DNA of 64,000 bases from assembly GCA_009103225.1 (NCBI GenBank), contig RHPI01002069.1, positions 1,884,846-1,948,845 of the forward strand. The letters run 5' to 3'. The stretch's first letter is position 1. Each line of letters opens with the position of its first letter. Of the stretch, positions 39,751 to 51,830 are shown in pieces. The notes under the pieces were generated by a model. That model had not been told where the DNA came from, ran no database searches, and saw only the letters and a program-made list of their open reading frames with translations. Origin of the DNA: Chlorokybus atmophyticus (taxonomy: Eukaryota; Plantae; Mesostigma and Chlorokybus algae). Position numbers and translations under genes: made by a program.

Positions 39751-41349
39751 AGCAGCGGGTATGGAATGGCTCCCAACCGTGCATGCATGCTCACCTGACT
39801 TACCTGTGTCACCTGACCTGTGGTGATGCTGAAGACGATGCAATGTGTCCTAACCTCTCCCTCCATCCTCCTCGTCTGTGCGATTCTGCAGGTACAGCCC
39901 TTCCCTTCCCTTCCCCCACTGGCATGTCTGCTCTTGCCTCGCCAACCCTTGCATTTGCCCTTGGAGACATCCCCCCTAGTTGTATTTGTTGCATGTGGTT
40001 GGCTGCTGTTGCTCTTGTGATTATGATGGCTTGGATGCGGTGTGTATGCTGCTGATTCGGGGCCCCTTTAGTTTCCATATATAACCTACCAAGGTAGCTA
40101 CGGGACTGCATAAGGCACAACACAGGGGCCATGAAACGGGGCAGGAGGCATGGCATTATATGAACAAGAGCAATGGCACAGCACAGCACAGCGCAGCGCA
40201 GCACAGCAGCAGCAGCAGCAGAATATGGGGTGGGGGGCCCTCTACGCTGACTAAGTGCGCTAGGTAGACACTACCGAGGAAGGGAGGGGGTTGGGGAAAG
40301 GGAAGAACAGCAGGACCAGGGATCACCTGCCAACACCAGCACCACCGCATCAGCCACGTCCTCGCTACGCAGCAGCGAGCACGACTAAACTTGACAACAG
40401 CTAGTGCCCCATCTGCAGCGGCCGCCACGGTTGCTCTAGTAGTTCCAAGGCACTGCTGGCACTCTCAAGGGCTGCATGTACATAACACACAAGAGTTGCG
40501 GTAAAGCAAGCTCTAAGCGCCATGTTGTTACGGGCCGTAACTTACGGCCCGCTTCACCTGAAAATCACCCTTTCTCTTTTCAATTGGTAACCTCATACCC
40601 GCACCACGGCTGTGGTTAGCGGCGGGAGTCGTTGCATGGGCAGCAGCAGCAGCAGTGTACCATCTGAACTCCCCCTATCTGCCACGCTGCTGCCCACTCT
40701 CTGCCCGCCTGAAATGCACTGCCAGCGCTACAATTGCCGTTGCGCATTACAGTTAGCCGCATAGCATGCAGGCAATATGTTAATATGACAATGCCTCCGC
40801 AGCTAGATTTGTCACTGTGCACAAGATATTATGCTGCATGCTGTTGTGTAGTGTATTGTTAAACACACTTCAGACAGTACAAGCCTGTGCCAAAATATGT
40901 CAAAGCACTTCATCAGACGCCTCTTAAAGTAAGAGAAAATAATGACAGACACGGTTTGTACCTTATACACACCTGTCAAACCCACGTACAAGGTCTGGCA
41001 TGATGATTGTAATTGTTATGATCACAGATCACACAATCTATTGGCCAGGAGCCTAAAACTCTAAAACAAAACAACATAAAACGTCATTGTGGCAGTTCCG
41101 CACCTACTCCCCACCCCACCGTTCTGCACAGCTCCAATATCACTGGCACAACATAGCTGTTGTGCCATTGCTATTGATAATGACAACTTCAACACTACAT
41201 CCACACACAGCGCAACTGCCCCGCCAAGGGAGTTCTATACGATACCAGGCTGTGCAAGCTATGCTAATGCACTAGAGGACTACCAGGCTTCAGAGCAAGA
41301 AAGCAGCGCCACATCACCTGCGGTTTACATGTCAGGTTTTGCATTGTGT

Positions 41350-44300
41350 GAGACTGATATGGCTTGCCAGCATGCGAACCGCTCAGTAAGGTCTAGTCAG
41401 CTGACAACCGGAACTGCTGCGTGCACATGAGAGCGTGTAGCAGGCCAGGATTACTGTCAATACCAGATATTGTCGAGGTCCTCCATGTCATCTCCCTCTT
41501 CATCGTCACTTTGAACACGCCGCACATAACCCAACAACCGGAAACGGGCCTGCAAAGCAACAAACCAATGGGTGACCAAATCAGTTGACTGCTGTGCGGC
41601 TGATGGACAACTTGACTCCAGGACAACTCCAGGCGTACCACTTCAAAGCTGTCATCATTGGCGCACTGAGGCAAAAGTTCGATAGCTCGCGCGCTCTCTG
41701 CATCCTCTTCGCCGGATGCCCCCTGCAAGTGATTGATCAGCAGCATAACACAAGAGACATGACAAGACATTTGTCACAACCAGTTGACAAGCATACCTGT
41801 CCGCCATTATTTCCACCAGACTCACCACCACTCAGCCGCAATACATGGCCGGGGAGATCGGAATCTTGCAACCTCTGCCAATAGACAGCATCTCATGGTG
41901 AGCTTCGCATTCGTCTGCATACCTGTTACTACCAAGCTTGAAAGCATAAAAAAGCCGACCACTAGTCACAGTTGAAAGCAACAGGAGCATAAGTAACCTG
42001 CGGCACACCTGTGCCTGGTCGAGTACATAAGAAAGCGCTAGTTCTACGCGGCCGCCTCGGCTGAAAAAGTCGGTAACATGCCTTTGATCGACAGCAAGAG
42101 TTCTGGCCATCCAATAAGAGACATGCTGTTGGTCTGGCACCTGCGTACAGATGAGGCTGTCAGCGCCATGCCCAGCAATGACCCGAATCAAGTTCCGCAA
42201 GCATGCATGCTGTAGCAATCCTGTTTGCAACACAATAAATAATAAGATGTATGCTATGTTTGTGTTGACTTGCCTGGCGGTGCTCCAGGCAGTAAGCAAT
42301 GCCCTCGAAGCAATGCGCGAAGCCCAGCACGAAGGGTGGATGCTGACAGTGGTTTTGCATTGCGCGTGGAATAGGTGTAAACTCTGGGGGAAGAGCTACA
42401 CGATCACCCTGTGTGCGCCTCAGAACAAGGAAGTTCTGCAACACAAACCCATCATTGAAAGTATTAGGCTCAATTTGACAGCACTGCAGCCGCAGTGCAA
42501 TAGCAAGTGACACTGGATGACAGGTTCACTTCGACCGAACTAGGGCAAACAGGGACAAAGACAATGGCATTGAGGGCTGGGTTGTGCTCAGTACCTGCAG
42601 TGACTGTGCTGATTGCGAGGCAAAGTGTGCAAGGCGAGCAGCGAGACGTGGAGACAGCCAGCAGTCAACGCAGTTATTGCAGCTGCAGGCCTTTGGACGC
42701 ACAAGCCGTTTCTCACCACTGTCTCCAAATGGCGGTTCTTCGAGCTCATAACCAAGACGTTGCCAGAACGCATGCTCGTCAAGCACATTGCTGAGCAGAC
42801 AACAGGCAGCCAGCTTTTCAGCAACCATGAAGGCACAAACGACATTGGCTATGTCGCTTCAGCAGTGCTGCGAGCATTCCACCTGAAGGTGTCAATGGGG
42901 CGAGACAGAGCCAGACCGCCTTACCTCACTGCAAGGTTGAGAAACTTCTCATTGGGCCAAAAGTTGTCAAGCACCCACTGCTCCACAGCGGTGACAAGGC
43001 ACCGTGCATGGTAGCCCTGCACTCCCATTTCAGCAAGTGTCGGGGTGCACCAATGCACTTCAGTGCAACGTATCAAAGGAGCTTGAAGTTGACATGACAG
43101 CGCAGGTAAGCAATCAACTACTACTAAGGGAACAGCCGGGCAGAGTGACCTACCTGAAACGCTCTCCCAAGTTCAAGCAGCTGGATGTTGGGACCGTAAA
43201 GCCCCAAGACAGGGTTCGCATATGTAACAATGCAGCGGCAAATAACTGCTGCATCTGAGGTGCTAGCTCCCCCACCATCCTGCAGCACAAACCTTGTGCT
43301 GACAGAGGCTGGCTCAGCAAGACGCCTGCCACACATACAAGCTGAAAGCGCACGGATTGCCGGCACAAAGAAGCTGTAGCTCAAAGCAAGTCAGTACTTA
43401 CTCTGCTGGGCCTGTTCCTGTCGTAATGTGCAACACTTGGCCATCTGCAAGCTGTTTTTCCATATTCCCATGCTCGAGCACTGTGGAGGTGAAGGCAAAG
43501 TTCCCGAGTTGTTCTTCCAACAGTTGCACAGCTTGGCTGGGGCGTGGCGCAACCCCCGAAGTGCATTCAATGAGTATCCGTCTCACATTTGACTTCTGCT
43601 CTGTGCAGTCCAGCTGCCAGGCATCAACCAGCACCTGCACAATGCCGCAAGGTCAGCAACCAGTTGACTAAGCTCAGCAGTTTCAAGCCAAGGAAACCCC
43701 CGTATATTAGGCTGAGCAGAAACAACTGACCTCCTGGGATATCTGCCCGTCCCTTGAACCCAGAGTGAAGTGCTCACAGGGAGGATCTGTGTCACTGTAT
43801 GTGTCTTCACTGAGACATACAAGGTCAAAAGACTCCTGAAGTAGACTCTGTCCACCAATCGCAGCGATTACTTACTAAGCGCACTTGAAAGCCATGCAGG
43901 CATTATGTGGAGAAAGGCGGATGGACCATGATGCCACTCACCTGAATTTGCCGCGCAATTGATCGCACATCATGCTCGCAAAGAATGCGGCATAGCAGAG
44001 TGGTTACACCAGGCCGGGGACGAGGGTCTCGGGTGCCTCCGACCGGGCGTGCGCTTGTGCTAGGAGCAATATTTACAGCTCCAGTATTTGGCGCTGAATT
44101 GTTCTGTTCAAGAACCATGTTGAGGGCGGCTGTAGGAGTGACACGCTATAAGCTCAAACATGCAGCGACACACGAGCCAGGCCTGAAGACAGACAATGGA
44201 CCCGCGCAGGCTGCCACCAACCTGCAGCTGCTGCCCGGTAAACCTGGAGACACCATCGCTCACAGTCTCGTGACCGTTATGGGGCATTCTGCACGCTGCA

Positions 44301-45390
44301 ATGCAACAATATGGTAGAAACACTGCACCACACATTTCCAGTACAGCTTCCAACTATGCGGGCTCAAACCAGAGCATATTGTCACCTATCTGTTGGTTGC
44401 CTCTTAGGTCACTCGTACTGGAAATCCACGGAGGGACAACCAGAAGGCTTGCGCGCAGCAATCGAGTCGCTGATGAACTCCATGCTCAGGGTAAGTGCTT
44501 GTGTGCTTGAGGACTGCGAACTAGCCGTGTCAGCTGGTTAACTGCCAGGCAGCCAAGACGGATATCGACCGCCGTTTGCCCCTGGAAACACACCTGCCAT
44601 AGCTGCCACCATGCACGACAAATGTTCAATCAGGTACACTCCACACCCTCCACACCCTCCTGCTGCTGGCACAAGCACTTGGCTCAGTCGCTATGTGACT
44701 GATGGCAGGCACACTGACAAGGTAGCTACTCACGAACGTCTAGAATGGTCCAATGCAGCTTTCAAATCGGACCTGATTGCTACTGACTGCGTTACATCCA
44801 TCTGCGGCATGCCAAGCAATTATGGATGCTGGGATAGGCGGGGACTAGGGGGAAACAGGCACCTCACCGCTACGCCATCCCACATAATCCAACATACGCC
44901 AATGCAACCTCCTCCGCAACAAACTTACCTTGCAGCAATCAGGCTGGCCGCAAGCAGTATGTCCCAAATCCGCCGCTGACCCTTTGGTAAGCAGACAAGC
45001 TTGCTATGGTTGACCCAGAGACCCGACAAGCTTACTATAGTTGATCCCCATGAACGCCCATGCGAGACGCTCACGCATCAACTGGTGTCGACGGCTTCAA
45101 CACCAAGCTTGCAGCACCAACTACAACACCAACGCCCACGCAACAACCACAACACCTTTCTCGGCGCCAACAACTTCATTGTGTAAGCGGCTTAATCAAC
45201 AGCTGGTAATGCTGTAAACCTGAAAGCTTTGATTGCCAGCTTTGCCTGCAGCCCTTTCCGGGTCCGACTCTCTCGAACCGGTCATCACCACATGCACTGC
45301 GGGCCGCGGCCGATTGCAGCGGCCAGCGTTAATCGCACTACCGGCTCCAAATCCCCAAGCGACGGTCAGCAGTGTAAGTAATGACTGCAT
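41350..45390 (-). CDS. Multi-exon gene with a GNAT acetyltransferase-like segment; ends uncertain
   Basis: Canonically bounded exons 43634-43402, ~43258-43133, 43016-42925 and 42790-42595; the last three join in frame to give PNIQLLELGRAFQ|GYHARCLVTAVEQWVLDNFWPNEKFLNLAV|SNVLDEHAFWQRLGYEL, resembling GNAT motifs A and B (FW.RLG(F/Y)). Further strong donors at 43941 and 44927. Confidence 0.55.
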
Positions 45391-45720
45391 GTCGACCGAC
45401 CATAAATGGACAAGAGGATCCGCTATCGGTCGTTAAAGCAGTGCATGTCGCCGATATGATAGCCATGTATCGGTCACGGTCCAGGCGTCCGGAAAGTTCG
45501 TGCAAACCCGCGCCTGCAGTTGGGTACGGCCCTTTGGGGTTTTTTGTCTGGCGTCGGCCCGCGGGATGGACCCAGGCTGGAGCACGGGCAACGCTTTTGG
45601 AGGGCTCTAATTGGGGCGGGGAAATGATTGATACCGTCTGATGACGTGACGCCGTTGTAGATCTTATCATTGGAATTGATCTGATGACTGTTTATATCTG
45701 AGACTTGACAAACAATCACG

Positions 45721-45762
45721 GCAGGCCTATTGCCTCAATAGGCCTGCTATTGAGTCAATAGC
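45721..45762. repeat. Overlapping double hairpin (12-bp and 8-bp stems)
   Basis: gcaggcctattg-cct-caataggcctgc and gctattga-g-tcaatagc. Confidence 0.85.
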
Positions 45763-47419
45763 ATTTAGCATGCCTAGCTGCGTCCCAGAATCGTCATGTC
45801 GCGCGGACGCCTGTCGTGTATCCGTGACGCTGTGTGATGCGACGCACACATGCGATTCGTTAACAAGTTTCATGATTAGCCAATGTGAGTGTGAATTGTG
45901 GGAGGCGCTGCGCCCACGTCATCAAGCGGCGCAGCTGAAATACCCGCACCGTTTGATGTCAACGGTCGAGTTAGCACAGCCGGCGCTGCCGCACTATTAG
46001 GATTAGACTAGAATTATATGAATTGAAGCTTTGACGGCTGCCTAGCAGTCGACCGGCTGGTCTTGATTGCTCGACCGCTATCATGTGCAACTGCCAAAGC
46101 CAACAACCGGTCGATATCCGGTTGATATCCTACAATGACTGGCACTAAGGCCCTTCAGCAGTCTGCCCTCGATGTCAGAGTCACAAGGCAGCGGCCACAT
46201 GCTTGGTGTATGAGCTCTCACGCGATGCAAGGTGTAGATCACAATGGTTGCTGACTATGATCTTACACTAGTGTGCAAAGTCGGGCAGATACTATGACAC
46301 TACGATCTGTCCTCTTCAATGGTCGGAGTTGTAACAGGTTTAGCAATCGTCTGTACTTGTACTAACTGCGACTGCAGAACAACCATATATCGATAAGCAG
46401 ATTAGGGTGCCGCGCGTGACTTTACGATCAGATGTATCGTACAGTTAAGAAAATGTCAAACATAGGTGCTATGTAACTGTGCGTTTGCTACATTGCTACA
46501 TGATTGTAATCAGACGATAACGATCATCTAAAGTTGTGCGATCAAGACAACGCAACGCTTACGCGCGTCGGCGGAATTGATGTATTACACACATTGTGAG
46601 TTATGGTCTGGCAGGAGGGTCAACGGCAAGCTCAGCGCCGCCGCCGCCGCCGTCGGTGCTGCTCTACTCAAACACAACAACAACAACTACGGCGTGCAAG
46701 CTTATCGCGCCGGCGCCCCTGCAAAATATGCTGCGTGACCTAATGAGTGCGCGGCTCGGGGCTATGATGTCGGCAGAGAGTGCAGTCGAAGGGCGCGTCC
46801 AACGCCCGCCTCCATCCTCTGCCGTGACAAATCACTGGTTGCCGACGTCACGCGCTGTCAGCTTGTAGCGTCAACAGTCGAATATTTATCAGTGTATGAG
46901 CTCTCACGCGATGCAAGATGTACATCACAATGGTTGGTGATTTAATCTTACATTTGTTTGCAAAGTCGGGCATGTACTATACACTACGATGTGTCCTCTT
47001 CAGTGGTGAGAGTTGTATCAGGTTTACCAATCGTCTGTACTTTTATTACCTGCTACCCTCCCTCCAATATAGATTAGTAGACAACCTTGCTGAAAACGAA
47101 CAATCGCATCTGTACATGCCAAAAAGCTACTGTCGACACATTGCATTGAAGTTCAGATTCATAGCTCATGTTCATGACGGTTACACGATATTCCAACAAG
47201 CACAAGAGCGGTTGCGTACACTATCTGTGTTACTCAAGTCACATGCGCAGGTACGGACCTCACGGTCCCTTCAAGCTAATGCAGCGGCCCAACGCACACA
47301 GGGATTGCACGGCAATGGGAGTCTACTGCAGTGCAACATGTAGCAACGGGCCATGCTCGCCTAGGCCCATGTGGAGCGCATCAGTGCTGCAGCCACTCAT
47401 AAGAATACACGCGCTCAGC

Positions 47420-48390
47420 GGGAGCTGTGTGGCAGGAGTTCATGGGCTACTTGCAAGCACTATATGTTGCCGTGGCAGATGTCACTCCCACCGTGGTGAC
47501 GACTTATTTAGCCGTGCATTGAAACGATGTGCACATTAACAAAGCCCGGCGCAAAGATAAGAATGGTGCACTTATGATATTCAGCATCACTATTGAGGTG
47601 ACCATTATGCCTTTGAGCGCTGGCTTCATGCGGCATGGTAAAGTGGGCCCGTGGAGCACAAGTCATCCCACTGGCAACCCTTGCCAGTTTGTGGATGTGC
47701 GTGAGTATCGCGCTGGCTATGCCAAGGTGACTGCTAAAGCTGGCGTGCAACGCGTGCCTGCCATACCTTGGGCTTATGCCGACATGAACATACCGGTATG
47801 CTACTTTCAGCAGCAAGTGCAAAGTACTCGACCAGTGCGAGCCACTTATGAAAGCGCTGTCCTCTGGCGTGACTACACATGGTGCATGTACTTGTGGTGC
47901 ACATGGCAAAGAGGCAGAGAAGGTGCCGGCATAGAAATGGAACATATACTGATGGAGGGCATAGAAGTTTGTACACAAGCCACCTATCTTAAAAACTATA
48001 GTACAGGGCGGGTACCACTTAAAAAAGTGCGCAAGAGCGACTTGAATGTTGAATTCTGCAAAGTGCTGAAGCTAGACTTGAACCATGTACATGAGAGCCC
48101 CTTCAGCGTCAAGAATGGCCCCATCCTTCGTTCACTAGCTCGCAACAAAAAGCTCTGGGAGGAGCGCAGTATCAGCGGTGATGGCATGTCACGCATTCGT
48201 CAAGCACTGTCAAAGAAGTGGTATCTATCGCCCCAACCTGGGACTGCACTCATTCCGACGAGGTGGTGCACAGCATGCGCTACGCACGGGTGTGTCCCTG
48301 GAAGACATTCAAGCTCAGGGGTTGCGGAAGGGAGCACAAAATATGCATCTGTACTTGCACAACATGTATGCACCTGTGGTTCCCATGTGA
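47420..48390 (+). pseudogene. Tyrosine recombinase, antisense to the RT
   Basis: GNPCQFVDVREYRAGY, RDYTWCMYLW..WQRGREG (catalytic R ~47910) and, after a frameshift, LHSFRRGGAQH...G....NMHLYL (HxxR and Tyr region). Confidence 0.88.
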
Positions 48391-48449
48391 CGTAAGCCAC
48401 AACAAACAGATAGGATTTAAACTGATGATATTGTCGGGTACTCTGGCGC

Positions 48450-48720
48450 CTGTCATAAACCAGTCCATATGCTTGCCCACATGATGCATGTCTCGCTTGC
48501 GCCAAGCCATGACAGCAGGCCTCCATACAGCAAAATGCCATTTTCGCAGTAGTACCATAGCTGGCAGCTGATAATGCGATTGCTTGATGCAGAAGGGCGA
48601 ACAAAGGGTGAAACCATGACAGTCCCTTGCCCGCTTCCATCCAGGCTTGCCTGCAATTCAAGGTGAGTGCATTGCCCATGCTGCACGGCACCGGCACAGC
48701 TGACATGAATGCTGCAGATT
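48450..48720 (-). pseudogene. Possible DIRS-type adenine-methyltransferase-like domain remnant
   Basis: AW...GLSWFHPLFALLHQAIA, then frameshifted VLLRKWHFAVWRP, resembles the W..(N/F)PPF.L...I / LV.P.W....W.P pattern; lies downstream of RH as in DIRS. Confidence 0.4.
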
Positions 48721-49029
48721 CGGCACTTTAGTCCGCTGCAAACATATACAGACAATGCTTGTCAAATAGAGATTACATCCACGCAATGGGTGTGTCTGCC
48801 AGTGCCCAATCCCCTTTGTCCGAGAGCTTCAAGACTGCATCCTCAGCTGCCTAACTTGCACGTGGATACAAAACCCCAGAGACCGTCAAATCTCTTTCCC
48901 AAGAAACCTCCCCATAAACGGTGCAATGCCAACTGCACAACTGGGTGCGATGCTGTCAACTTCGTCAGTATGGCCACGGAGGGCTGGCAGTCGCTAACAA
49001 TCCTCACTATGGCATGATGCAACGCTGGT

Positions 49030-49450
49030 TGCTCGTTGCAAGATGTTTCCCCTATCGGCCGACTAAATATTAGCAATGGCCGTGCATCTGAGGATACTCA
49101 TTTGGACTGTCGTGGCTCAGTCCACCTGTAATCTCGATACAAAGATCTGAGTATAACGGCTGTTACCATCAGTTGGCGGCCGTCTGCATAAAGGGACTGA
49201 CCTTAATTGATAGGTATCCGTAAGGTACCCATCAGTTAAGCAAAGGGGACTTGACCTAACAAACGGATACCCAACAGTTAGGTACAAGCGACTTTACGTC
49301 GAAGGTACCTAACCATCAGATACCTGTAAAGTACCTTATGATATCTGACGTTACTTTTGAAGGTACCAACAAGTACCGTTTAGGTACTGTGAGAGACGGC
49401 ATGTGACAAGCAAAATTGCAATTGAAAAATACAGATATATAAACAATACA
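49030..49450 (+). repeat. GGTAC-rich dispersed repeat, copy 2, inserted between the RH and MT-like regions of the DIRS element
   Basis: Homologous to 18190-18650. Confidence 0.82.
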
Positions 49451-50489
49451 TTATATACTGTTGCTATAGTATACTGTGAACTGCTACTACTACTACTTCT
49501 ACTACTTCACTACCTTTATACTACCCTTATACTAAGTCATAATCTAAGTCGCTGCTCCTCCGCTCCGCCGCCGCTCCGCCGCCGCCGCCGCCGCCTTGTC
49601 GACCCTCCAGCACCTTCGCCTGCTTAGCAAGCAGAGCGGTTAGGCTATTACGCAACACAACGGCGTTATACATACACACACATACACAAACAAACTCACC
49701 TACTATGCCATTGCCGCCGCCGCCGCCGCCCCTTGGCCTGGCCTGGCCTGGTCTGGTCGGCTTGGTCTGCTCGGCAAGCATGGCGGTGAGGCTGCGCTAT
49801 TGCGCTCAACACAACGGCATCTACATGTATATACATATGCAAACAGTCTCACCTACTTTGCCATGTTCGCCGCCACCGCCACCGCCACTGCCACCGCCGC
49901 CGTCGCCCACTTGCCCAACTTGCTTGAAGCCGTTGTGCATTTGAAGCGTTGCTACTTGGGCAGCAGCAGCGTTTTTCAAACGCTGAATGGCTTCAATGGC
50001 GCTATCGTATCAACTGGTACGATTGTGCCATGGTACAATAGTACCATCGCAACGGTACCATAAGTCCATTAAGTGTTCTAGTCAATTGTTCCGGACTTGT
50101 ATGTCACTGTCCCAACTTGCCGCCATCGCTCGTCCCTAAGTTGGAACTAAGCGGAGACTTGCTTACCAATTCAGACATGTCGCCGCTGCGGGCTTTGTAT
50201 GGTCGGTGGTCGACCGCGGGTAAAAGGGGACCGATGGGTATCATTCATCGCCATTAGGGGCCCGAGAGGTCACCTAATTGCTATTATACGTAAGTAGCCG
50301 CCGCGTGTCCTGTACGATCGACGGTCGGCAGTCATCTCAAGTTGCTTGAAAGTCATGATCGGCAACTAAGAGTCCAGTATCGCGTACGACAAGCGGCCGG
50401 CCATTGCTAATTGTCTTTGATATGCATCGGCAATCTACTCAGTCCCTTTTTGGCCCAAGTCGTTAGGGTCCGTTAGGGTAAGGCGGGGT

Positions 50490-51830
50490 CAATTCCTTAG
50501 TCCCTGGTCAGTCATGCCGAAAGATATGCGATGCTGTCGCATGAACTCCAAAAAGGCAGCCACATATGCCAATGCCTCCTTCACTGCTGAAGGCAGATCT
50601 TGTTGCCAAGGAGCAAAGGTCCCCACCATCGCTGCCCATGGGCCTGCAGCACCCCAGCCCATGGTGTCACATGCATCGACACCATCGACACCATGGATAC
50701 GCAACTCATGTGCCCACGGCAGCTTTCGGCACGCCGAGCCATGATACTGCGGCATGCTTCGCTGCAGCCACAGCAAAAAGGCCATCAAAAACGGTGGTGG
50801 TGTAAACTCTTTGTCTCAATTGCTCTGATCAGTGGTTAGTTGTAGCAGCCAGCGCGCATACAGGTATGCGGGAGCTAATGCCAATTTTATTGCCACCAAT
50901 TTGCCTGCAACCTTTGCCAACATGCGCTTGATGATCACGTTTGCGCTAATCATTTTATGCATCAGCTCCAATAACTTTTGTAAACTCGTCAGGGGGTATG
51001 CAAAACACGCCACGCTCGGTGCCTAAAAGCAGGCCCAACAACTTGACACATGGTTGCGACCCAAGCACGCACTTTTTCAAGGTGACAACATGCCCAGAAG
51101 CTTCAGCAGCCGCAATAATTGCAAAATGCGCCAGCATATATGGCGGCGATTGGCATGGCTGAGGTGCATGTCATTAATGTATGCTAAACAGCCCATGCCC
51201 AGCTTGTGCAAGGGTGTGAAGATTGTGAACATTAGCTCTGTAAACAACTAACATGCTGGGTTGAGGCCAAAACGGTAGCAAATCTCAACGGAATACAACT
51301 CCTTTAAATTCCATTGCTAAATAGGGCTTGCTGTTTGCATATATCGGCGCATGATAATAGCCTGACTTCAAGTCCGCTATTACTTCATAATAGCGGACTT
51401 GAAGTCAGGCCTTTGCGTGTGTACAGCGACGCATTCCAAGTGCTGATAACAAAAGGGAATATGTGCCAAAAGACATTGTTGTATCTTACATCAATAATGA
51501 GGCGCAGCTTGCCGCTATTAATTTCAACCACTCCAATTCATGTAATCACCTTCACATCTAAAGGGTGTACAGTAGAAATCGCTCATGAGCGCATTTAATT
51601 GTTCAACTCTTTAAGCAAATGCTGCGTGCTGTGTCACTGACTACCTGTTGCGCAATTAAAGCTGGAGCTTCCCGTTGCATCACTACCTCAACATCGTCCG
51701 GAATACAATCCTCCGCCAGCAACATTTATTTCACCTCTTCCAATTTCTTTGGCTGGGTTTCTGATGTGCCCACCCAATCCAACTTGTATCCTTGACTTAA
51801 TTAGCATAGCACATGACACTTGTTATCTTG
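50490..51830 (-). pseudogene. DIRS-type reverse transcriptase and RNase H (decayed)
   Basis: KLRLIIDVRY, DLKSGYYH (51374-51351), LPF(G), AYINDM, KRMLAKVAGKL...PAYLYAR and RNase H DACDTMGWGA...GTF...KEALA. Confidence 0.88.

Noticed and set aside
50463-50478. Two TTAGGG hexamers
   Set aside because: Only two non-adjacent copies; not a telomeric array.
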